From IMG/VR virus record IMGVR_UViG_3300027754_000035: a stretch of DNA of 64,000 nucleotides. One strand, 5' to 3'. Within the stretch, counting starts at the first letter, position 1; each line of letters begins with the position of its first letter. Source of the stretch: a virus. Taxonomy: Duplodnaviria; Caudoviricetes. The notes under the pieces were generated by a model. The model was not told the origin of the DNA. It saw nothing but the letters and a program-made list of their open reading frames with translations, and ran no database searches. The translations under genes and the position numbers were made by a program. Positions 24,737 to 31,305 of the stretch are shown here, piece after piece.

Positions 24737-24807
24737 TACCGATGGTTTACTTTTGAATACAAACTCTCAAGCTAACCGTTGGTCTCAAAAAGACCAACGG
24801 TTTTTTG
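24693..24807 (+). promoter_or_regulatory. transcription attenuator upstream of tRNA array 2
   Basis: 1:2 aaccatc(24693-99)/gatggtt(24741-47); 2:3 accgatggtt(24738-47)/aaccgttggt(24774-83); 3:4 12-bp terminator aaccgttggtct/agaccaacggtt plus U-tract. Confidence 0.8.
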
Positions 24808-24834
24808 TTTGAAAAAGTATTTTCAAAAGGCCTG

Positions 24835-24862
24835 TTGACAAACGATGAAGGTGTGGTATATT
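24835..24862 (+). promoter_or_regulatory. sigma70-type promoter ahead of array 2
   Basis: TTGACA-16-TATATT with TG extension. Confidence 0.65.
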
Positions 24863-24874
24863 GATTACATGTTC

Positions 24875-24975
24875 GGGGTTGAAACTCTATCTGGTGTCCC
24901 CAACGAAGGTTAAAACACTTGATCGGTCACTGGGTGTTATGCTGCAATACAGAACCCAACTGGCGATAAATTTGG
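24875..24975 (+). ncRNA. putative structured ncRNA, copy 2 (homolog at 11603-11735)
   Basis: gggg/cccc stem around the same ttgaaactcYatctgKtg loop; identical 26-mer at 24932-24957. Confidence 0.65.
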
Positions 24976-24997
24976 TAATAGATAAATACAATTTAAT

Positions 24998-25073
24998 GGG
25001 CGGGTAGTTTAGCGGCTAAAATATCACATTTACACTGTGACTATCGGGGGTTCGAGTCCCTCCTCGCCTACCA
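24998..25073 (+). tRNA. tRNA-Val(UAC)
   Basis: TCACA TT-TAC-AC TGTGA; CCA. Confidence 0.93.
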
Positions 25074-25102
25074 TTTTTCGATGAATGCAAATTCATCATT
25101 CT

Positions 25103-25173
25103 CGGTCCAAAGTGTTACGGTAGCATACGTGCTTTGGGAGCATGGGGACAGAGTTCGATTCTCTGTGGGCCGA
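25103..25173 (+). tRNA. tRNA-Pro(UGG), CCA not encoded
   Basis: CGTGC TT-TGG-GA GCATG; CGGTCCA/TGGGCCG A. Confidence 0.8.
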
Positions 25174-25200
25174 GGGAATTTTTTTGATTAACAAATCAAT

Positions 25201-25274
25201 CGGTCATAAGTGTTGAAGTAGCATACGTGCTTTGGGAGCATGTGGAGCCGGAGCGTTACCGGCATGGCCGACCA
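25201..25274 (+). tRNA. tRNA-Pro(UGG)
   Basis: Same anticodon arm as the previous Pro; T-loop AGCGTTA; CCA. Confidence 0.85.
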
Positions 25275-25289
25275 TTTTACCAATATTGT

Positions 25290-25976
25290 ATGAGATTGAG
25301 AGACATAAAGAAAAATCTAGAAAGCAACGTAAAAGAACTTGAGTTGATAGTAGCCAAGTCCAAATCGATAACCGATCTAATGCGACATTTTAATTTTCCC
25401 GAAAATGGAAAACAAACCAAGTATTTTTGGGAGTTGATTAAGCGACACAACATTGATACAAATCATTTCTATGATAGTAAAGTGTTGACATCGTGTGGAC
25501 AATGTAGAAAGACGATTAAAGTTCGTCAAAAAATTATCAACAATTCACGATGCAAAAAAGCATTCTGCGGTTCGTCTTGTTCGGCAAAATACAACAACCA
25601 TCATAAAACAAAAGGAACTCGTCGTTCCAAATTGGAAGCATGGTTGGAGAAAGAGTTGAACAAAAAGTATCCTAGTTTAGTGATACATTACAATCGCAAA
25701 GATGCAATAGAAGCAGAACTGGATGTTTACATACATTCGTTGAAGTTGGCGTTTGAGTTGAATGGCATTTTCCATTACCAACCAATCTTTGGTGAAGACA
25801 AGTTAAAAGACGTTCAAAAAAACGATGTTGAAAAGATACAAACATGTGTGGACAATCAAATACAGTTGTGTATAATTGATACATCGTCGCAGAAGCATTT
25901 CAAAGAAAGCAATTCGGCAAAGTATTTGAATATGATGACGAAGATCATTGACAATAGAATTTTAATGGTGACGTAG
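25290..25976 (+). CDS. Vsr/DUF559-like PD-(D/E)xK putative homing endonuclease with zinc-binding module
   Basis: CGQC...FCGSSC; SKLE..L; ELDVYI..LKLAFELNGIFHY; D..K...C; inserted within a tRNA array. Confidence 0.85.
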   Translation: MRLRDIKKNLESNVKELELIVAKSKSITDLMRHFNFPENGKQTKYFWELIKRHNIDTNHFYDSKVLTSCGQCRKTIKVRQKIINNSRCKKAFCGSSCSAKYNNHHKTKGTRRSKLEAWLEKELNKKYPSLVIHYNRKDAIEAELDVYIHSLKLAFELNGIFHYQPIFGEDKLKDVQKNDVEKIQTCVDNQIQLCIIDTSSQKHFKESNSAKYLNMMTKIIDNRILMVT

Positions 25977-26044
25977 ACCAACTGGAAGGAGTCATGAGGT
26001 TGAGAACTTCAGTAGTGCAGGTTCGAATCCTGTCGTCGCTACCA
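25967..26044 (+). tRNA. tRNA-Leu(GAG), short variable loop
   Basis: TGAGG TT-GAG-AA CTTCA; A73 CCA. Confidence 0.85.
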
Positions 26045-26048
26045 AATT

Positions 26049-26132
26049 GGGCATGTGATGTAATAGAAGCCATGCGAGTCTTAGAAGCTCGTCCCGAAAG
26101 GGGTGTAGGTGCAAGTCCTACCATGCCCACCA
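26049..26132 (+). tRNA. tRNA-Leu(UAG)
   Basis: CGAGT CT-TAG-AA GCTCG; CCC-GAAA-GGG variable arm; CCA. Confidence 0.92.
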
Positions 26133-26142
26133 AATTTTTAAT

Positions 26143-26220
26143 GGCTATGTAGTCCAACTGGAAGGAGACGCTACTCTCAGAAAGTAGATAGTGTAGGTTC
26201 GAATCCTATCATAGCTACCA
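26143..26220 (+). tRNA. tRNA-Leu(CAG), short variable loop
   Basis: CTACT CT-CAG-AA AGTAG; CCA. Confidence 0.87.
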
Positions 26221-26228
26221 AATTTAAT

Positions 26229-26306
26229 GGCACCGTAGACCAACTGGAAGGAGTCGTCTCACTCAAAATGAGAATAGTGCAGGTTCGAATCCTGTCGGTG
26301 CTACCA
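26229..26306 (+). tRNA. tRNA-Leu(CAA), short variable loop
   Basis: TCTCA CT-CAA-AA TGAGA; CCA. Confidence 0.87.
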
Positions 26307-26335
26307 AATTTTAGTTGTTCTTTTGAAATTTTAGT

Positions 26336-26420
26336 GGGCATGTGGTGAAATTGGTATACACGTTTCGCTTAAGACGAAATCCCGAAAGGGGTGCTGGTTC
26401 GAGTCCGGCCATGCCTACCA
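26336..26420 (+). tRNA. tRNA-Leu(UAA)
   Basis: TTTCG CT-TAA-GA CGAAA; variable arm; CCA. Confidence 0.93.
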
Positions 26421-26587
26421 CTTTGCTAGTTTAGACGTATTCACGCCACAGTGAACGAGGGGCGAAAACCCTGCTTAGACGCATTCAAACAAATTTGAAT
26501 GGTAAGACGGCTCTAAACGGTAGAAATTTTATTTGTAGTTGACATCAGCAAGTATGCGTGTATACTATGTATAGTTCTTTTTAACAT

Positions 26588-26679
26588 GGAGAGGTGGCTG
26601 AGTCTGGCTTATGGCGACGGTCTTGAAAACCGTAGGGGCCTAAAAACCCCCGGGGGTTCGAATCCCTCTCTCTCCTCCA
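26588..26679 (+). tRNA. tRNA-Ser(UGA)
   Basis: ACGGT CT-TGA-AA ACCGT; long variable arm; CCA. Confidence 0.93.
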
Positions 26680-26961
26680 ATTTAATACAACTCCACTTGA
26701 CAATGGAACCGAAGACTGATAATATCGTCTCTTGAAGAAATCGGAGATTGTCTAAATTTTACCATCTATATATAGATGGTTGCAAAATGATTACCGATAC
26801 TAGTATTCCAGAATGAAGATCATTCCGGTTCGCTTATCAAAAAAAAGTAAGTACTTGATTGTACTGAAAGATAAGAAAGGTGGTACGACCGAAACAGTGC
26901 TATGGTAGCTCTACGAATCAATAGAGCAAGGTCAAAACAAATATCATTTTGTAACTTTAAC

Positions 26962-27054
26962 GGAAGTGACGTAGATAGTTAGTTTTCTACAGCAGTTTGC
27001 TAAACTGCCGTGCCCTAAAAAGCACTGAGGGGGCAGCACCCTTCGCTTCCGCCA
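26962..27054 (+). tRNA. tRNA-Ser(GCU)
   Basis: GCAGT TT-GCT-AA ACTGC; long variable arm; T-loop GGCAGCA; G73 CCA. Confidence 0.85.
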
Positions 27055-27060
27055 TTTTAC

Positions 27061-27136
27061 GGGCCAGTAGCTCATCTGGTAGAGCATCTGCTTTGCACGC
27101 AGAATGTGGCAGGTTCGAGTCCTGTCTGGTCCACCA
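27061..27136 (+). tRNA. tRNA-Ala(UGC)
   Basis: G3:U70; TCTGC TT-TGC-AC GCAGA; CCA. Confidence 0.95.
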
Positions 27137-27142
27137 ATTTAT

Positions 27143-27216
27143 GCGGGTATGATGTAGTGGTAGCCTTCGACCTTGCCAAGGTTGATGTGAGGGTTCGATT
27201 CCCTCTACCCGCTCCA
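27143..27216 (+). tRNA. tRNA-Gly(GCC)
   Basis: CGACC TT-GCC-AA GGTTG; U73 CCA. Confidence 0.93.
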
Positions 27217-27223
27217 ATTTAAT

Positions 27224-27297
27224 TGCCCGATAGTGTAATGGTAGCACAAGAGACTTTGACTCTCTTTGTATTGGTTCAAATCCAGTTCGGGCAACCA
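27224..27297 (+). tRNA. tRNA-Gln(UUG)
   Basis: AGAGA CT-TTG-AC TCTCT; CCA. Confidence 0.93.
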
Positions 27298-27408
27298 ATT
27301 TTGACGGACGTAAGTTAACTTTCATATAGCCCACGATGATTAAATGATTGCGATTTTGTGGGAGCTAGAAGCAATCAGGTTAACCTTAGTCCGTTAGACA
27401 ATTTATAT

Positions 27409-27494
27409 GCTAGCTGCAATCTGGTGAGAACGTTGGCTTAGGATTGAACTTAAGTTATCAGCGGTGATGGGTTCGATTCCCGTAGTTTGCACCG
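27409..27494 (+). ncRNA. degenerate tRNA-like RNA with elongated central arm
   Basis: T-arm ATGGG-TTCGATT-CCCGT; weak acceptor GCTAGCT/AGTTTGC; ends ACCG. Confidence 0.45.
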
Positions 27495-27849
27495 TTTTTT
27501 GATTTAACAATGTGCGTGTTGGGTGGAAACGTCCAACAGCGTGAGGGACACGATACACCCCTGTATGTCTGACCCGGACGAATCTGATCCAGATAGGATA
27601 GGGTTGAATTTTTAGATTTGATTGTTAGTGTATAGAATTATAGCACAATACCCGTGTGAGGGTATAGGAGACTGACGTTGGTGGGTTAGACAGTAATGGA
27701 ACGTTTTTCGTGAGATCCCCATATATTCGCAAGTCACAGTCATCCAATTTAACACAAACACCCGATAGGAGGATTCCGTAAGGGTTTGGGCGCATGTGCC
27801 GCATTGCTTTTTAGCGTATAATAGCACGGTTTGTGTTTTTAGATTTACA

Positions 27850-27877
27850 TTGACAAACAATAAAATTGTGGTAGACT
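27850..27877 (+). promoter_or_regulatory. sigma70-type promoter (near-leaderless)
   Basis: TTGACA-16-TAGACT; ATG 6 nt downstream. Confidence 0.7.
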
Positions 27878-27883
27878 GTGTAT

Positions 27884-28111
27884 ATGAAAAATGTTTTATG
27901 CACCATGATTTTGATTGGTGGATTTGTATTTGCTGGTGAGATTGTGAAACAAGACACTACACTACCGATTACTGTGTATATGATACGAAATGGAGACACA
28001 GATCGTACTATTCATCGTGTGTTTTTAACAGAAAAAGCTGCTAAACGTTATGTTAATGATTATAAAGAGAGTCACGCATACGAATATGAAGCAGTCTTAC
28101 TCAAGGAATAA
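27884..28111 (+). CDS. small protein with signal-peptide-like N-terminus
   Basis: MKNVLCTMILIGGFVFAG. Confidence 0.7.
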   Translation: MKNVLCTMILIGGFVFAGEIVKQDTTLPITVYMIRNGDTDRTIHRVFLTEKAAKRYVNDYKESHAYEYEAVLLKE

Positions 28112-28152
28112 CTATTTATTGAGAGTGGTGGGTTTAATTTTTAAGGTATAAT

Positions 28153-28224
28153 TGCTGGGGCTTCGGCAAGCGGTTGATCCTCATAAGATCGGTCAAGCGG
28201 GGTCGGCACCCGTACCAGCAACCA
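28153..28224 (+). tRNA. tRNA-Met(CAU)-like, degenerate D-arm
   Basis: TTGATC CT-CAT-AA GATCGG; TGCTGG/CCAGCA; A73 CCA; T-loop GTCGGCA. Confidence 0.65.
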
Positions 28225-28246
28225 TTTTTGTTCTTTGTAAATTTAC

Positions 28247-28634
28247 GGGCGTGTACTGGTTTCGATTTGAGTATACGTTCATTGTATGCACGCAGAAGAT
28301 GATGGTTGGCTTCTCTAAAGACCCATTAAAACATTAACCGCTGAGGAAAATGTAGTGAGCTACGACTTCTCTTACGAGAACGTCGGCGCAGTTGCAGCCT
28401 AATATTGGTTGCCCGTTTGTTCGGTGAGAGTTCGGTAATCGAAACAAATGTCATTTACGGACTAGAACTGAAAACAGTGATTTGTGGTTTCAGTTGACAT
28501 CTTACAAATCTTAAGAACAACATTTTTTGACAATATTAGATTGTTGTTCCTAACAAATTCAAAATTGTAAAAGCGTGTAGAGTGCGATGATACAATAGTC
28601 AAAGACGAGGGTTCAACTCCCTCCACGTCCACCA
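28247..28634 (+). ncRNA. ssrA: tmRNA
   Basis: GGGCGTG...CACGTCC-ACCA acceptor with G3:U70; 5' ctggtttcgat; 3' T-arm gagggttcaactccctc; tag reading frame 28340-28402 AEENVVSYDFSYENVGAVAA*. Confidence 0.92.
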
Positions 28635-28640
28635 ATTATG

Positions 28641-28678
28641 AGCCACGACATTACTTAAAAATGATGTCGTGGCTTTTT
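28641..28678 (+). terminator. intrinsic terminator after tmRNA
   Basis: agccacgacat/atgtcgtggct plus T run. Confidence 0.85.
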
Positions 28679-28701
28679 ATTTTCTATATCTATTTATAGT
28701 T

Positions 28702-29160
28702 ATGAGCGATTTAACCACCGAAAAAAATGATAGATGTGTGCGGATTGCCAAGCGCAAATACAAAAAATGGCCTAGCGCATATGCAAGTGGTGCTGTAGTC
28801 AAATGTCGTCAAGGCAAGATTTGGAAAGGCGTCAGCGAAGAAGTTGTGGATGAAGGTGGATTCAACAAAGAAAAGTCGCAAGGACTGCATGGTTGGTTTG
28901 CTCGACGTGGTGGTAAAGGTGGCAAAGGTTGGGTAGATTGTAATACATGTAGAAAAGATCCCAAGACTGGCCAAAAGAAATGCAAAGCGTGTGGTCGCCA
29001 AGCAGGTGAGAAGCGAGCCAAATATCCAGCGTGTCGTCCAACACCAAGTCAATGTACCAAAACCGGAGTCAAGAATAAAAAGGGTCCAAGCACAGCTTCT
29101 TGGAAACAAAAAAACGAAACCCTTGATTACGCAACAATAGCCAAAGAGTTGTATTTGTAA
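28702..29160 (+). CDS. basic Cys-rich conserved phage protein (DUF5872-like)
   Basis: KYKKWPSAYASGAVVKCR; LHGWF; CGR..GEKR.KYPACRPT. Confidence 0.75.
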   Translation: MSDLTTEKNDRCVRIAKRKYKKWPSAYASGAVVKCRQGKIWKGVSEEVVDEGGFNKEKSQGLHGWFARRGGKGGKGWVDCNTCRKDPKTGQKKCKACGRQAGEKRAKYPACRPTPSQCTKTGVKNKKGPSTASWKQKNETLDYATIAKELYL

Positions 29161-29165
29161 TTTGT

Positions 29166-29579
29166 ATGAGAATCTACAGTTTGCTTTATGAGACCAGCAT
29201 ATATGACTATTTGATTTGGGAACCCCAAGGCAAACTTAAGCATATTGCGGACACACTTGACACATTCAATAAATTTACATCCAATGATTTGTTCAGAGGC
29301 ATGTCCAAAAAAGAATTGGGTGTATTGCAACGCCATGGTAAAGTGACTTCCAAGGGCAAGGGCAACACCCGCAACATCTATGGGAGTTATCTTGCGAGTG
29401 ATTTCAAATTGAGTGCGAGATTTGCTTTGGTAAACTACAGAGACAAAGGTGAAGGTGTTGTGATCGTAGTGGATAAAAATAAGTTACCAGACTTAAAAAC
29501 TGTTGATGATGGTAACTTTGTTACTACTTATATTCCGATAGAAGCAGTCAAACAAATTATAGATTTATCAAAGTTATGA
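29166..29579 (+). CDS. putative ADP-ribosyltransferase-fold protein
   Basis: LFRGMSKKE...GSYLASDFKLSARFA...GVVIVVD pattern. Confidence 0.65.
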   Translation: MRIYSLLYETSIYDYLIWEPQGKLKHIADTLDTFNKFTSNDLFRGMSKKELGVLQRHGKVTSKGKGNTRNIYGSYLASDFKLSARFALVNYRDKGEGVVIVVDKNKLPDLKTVDDGNFVTTYIPIEAVKQIIDLSKL

Positions 29580-29770
29580 GCAATACAATTAAAATTTCAA
29601 AAGCAGATGCACAAAAGAAGGTGTATGAATTGACCGAAACGTTGCTGTTCACCAAAAAGGATTTTAAGGATGTGGCAACTGGATACAAGGAACGTATCAA
29701 AGAAATTGAAAATGAAATCAAGGCTGTGGTAGAAGAGTCTGGTACTGTTACACCAACATCTACACCATAA
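29576..29770 (+). CDS. small coiled-coil protein
   Basis: Overlapping start/stop; heptad-like KERIKEIENEIK. Confidence 0.75.
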   Translation: MSNTIKISKADAQKKVYELTETLLFTKKDFKDVATGYKERIKEIENEIKAVVEESGTVTPTSTP

Positions 29771-29775
29771 AAATC

Positions 29776-29806
29776 AAGACACGCTTTTTTTACGGCGTGT
29801 CTTTTT
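29776..29806 (+). terminator. intrinsic terminator
   Basis: aagacacgc/gcgtgtctt plus T run. Confidence 0.75.
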
Positions 29807-29873
29807 CTTTTTAGACAGCTTTGATTCAACAGGTTTTTTATCAACTAGAATGCTCTGTATAAATTTTTTAACG

Positions 29874-29901
29874 TTGACTTTCAGACTATTTGCCATATAA
29901 T
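29874..29901 (+). promoter_or_regulatory. sigma70-type promoter
   Basis: TTGACT-16-TATAAT; ATG at 29910. Confidence 0.7.
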
Positions 29902-29909
29902 TAAATAGT

Positions 29910-30305
29910 ATGGTGAAAGTTAAAACCACGACACAAAAGTCTAGAAAAAAACAACAAGAAATTGTTGTTGATAATCAAATATCTAAACTGTCCAAAAGTT
30001 TGGAGATAGTGTGGATCAGCTACACACCAAATAGTTCAAAATATTTGGTGTACAAAAATATTCCGCTTGAGTTGCTTGTGGATGAAACCACAGAAAAGGG
30101 TCGTAAAGTAATGGTATCTATATATCCAGACGGTCACGATGTATATTTGGTTGAATACCAAAGACCCGGCACAAAATCTTTTCCATTCGGCGGAACCAAA
30201 ATTTACAATAAGACACTGGGAGAAAGTAGATATGTTTATCCTGCGGCTGTAGTCAAACACAAGGATATTCAATATTTTAATCGTATAATTGACGATTCTG
30301 ATTGA
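29910..30305 (+). CDS. hypothetical protein
   Basis: 131-aa ORF behind a promoter. Confidence 0.75.
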   Translation: MVKVKTTTQKSRKKQQEIVVDNQISKLSKSLEIVWISYTPNSSKYLVYKNIPLELLVDETTEKGRKVMVSIYPDGHDVYLVEYQRPGTKSFPFGGTKIYNKTLGESRYVYPAAVVKHKDIQYFNRIIDDSD

Positions 30306-30382
30306 CATCTGTGAACCTGTGTATTATTGTGGTAGACAACAACATGTATTAGTACTAACAACAAACCCAATAGGTAGTAATT

Positions 30383-30601
30383 ATGCAAATAAAACATAAG
30401 AAAATGGATAATAACATTGAGTCGAGTGAGGCACCAAGAGATCGGTATGCTGTGTTTCGCAACGGAGCCAGAGTATCAGATGAAGAATATTCCAGTCGAG
30501 CAGATGCTCAAGGTGAGTATGATCATTGGAATCGTGTGATCACACGCTGGCCAGATAATAGCAAGTTGGAAATTGTCAACCTAGCAAGAAAGGGTAAATA
30601 A
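30383..30601 (+). CDS. hypothetical protein
   Basis: 72-aa ORF. Confidence 0.7.
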   Translation: MQIKHKKMDNNIESSEAPRDRYAVFRNGARVSDEEYSSRADAQGEYDHWNRVITRWPDNSKLEIVNLARKGK

Positions 30602-30604
30602 TAT

Positions 30605-30826
30605 ATGGGACTACGAGAACAAATCAAAAACGCAACATCGGATACTGAAGTCACACAACTACTCGCAACTGGTAAATCATACGAGTTTGCATCTGATAGA
30701 ACCCAAAGCTCATGGAGATCCACTGCCACGTTCCGCCTCGCTGAATTGAGCAATCCGACTCCCGCACAAACCCCAAATAAACCGACTGAATCAAAGAAGG
30801 GCAAGAAACCCAAAAAGTCGGCCTGA
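30605..30826 (+). CDS. hypothetical protein, basic C-terminus
   Basis: 73-aa ORF followed by a terminator. Confidence 0.75.
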   Translation: MGLREQIKNATSDTEVTQLLATGKSYEFASDRTQSSWRSTATFRLAELSNPTPAQTPNKPTESKKGKKPKKSA

Positions 30827-30854
30827 ATAAATAGTTGATACAAGTTGTTTAATT

Positions 30855-30891
30855 GAAGAAGGGCATCAAATAATGGTGCCCTTCTTCTTTT
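30855..30891 (+). terminator. intrinsic terminator
   Basis: gaagaagggca/tgcccttcttc plus T run. Confidence 0.85.
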
Positions 30892-30912
30892 AGTTTTGGC
30901 TATTTATTAGAT

Positions 30913-31305
30913 ATGGCCAAGCCAAAAACGTTTCACCAAACATTGGAGCTACCATCGGCGTTTAGCGTGATGGATGATTATATCGGCAAACATAAGTCAA
31001 AACTGACAGAGCAAGTTGTTGCGTCGATTGAGTTTGCGATCAATAATGATTTACCAACTGTAGAAGTGTTTAATTTTCAAGGCTCGGAATTTATGGTGGT
31101 ATTAAGTTCATCCACGTTCAAAGAGAACTTGGACAACATCATGGCCTACTATATCAGTACGGAACAATATGAGTTCTGTGCCCGTGTTACTAACGTTCAA
31201 AAACTACTCAACAATGAAAAAACAAATGAGCAAAAGAAAAGACACAAGCCCAAAAATTCACCAAAATCCAAAAATAAAGGATACGATTCAGATCAAGACT
31301 GTTGA
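30913..31305 (+). CDS. hypothetical protein
   Basis: TATTTATT upstream; overlaps the phoH start. Confidence 0.75.
   Translation: MAKPKTFHQTLELPSAFSVMDDYIGKHKSKLTEQVVASIEFAINNDLPTVEVFNFQGSEFMVVLSSSTFKENLDNIMAYYISTEQYEFCARVTNVQKLLNNEKTNEQKKRHKPKNSPKSKNKGYDSDQDC

Noticed and set aside
26855-26910. Hammerhead ribozyme
   Set aside because: CTGAAAG does not fit CUGANGA, and the required three stems are not evident.
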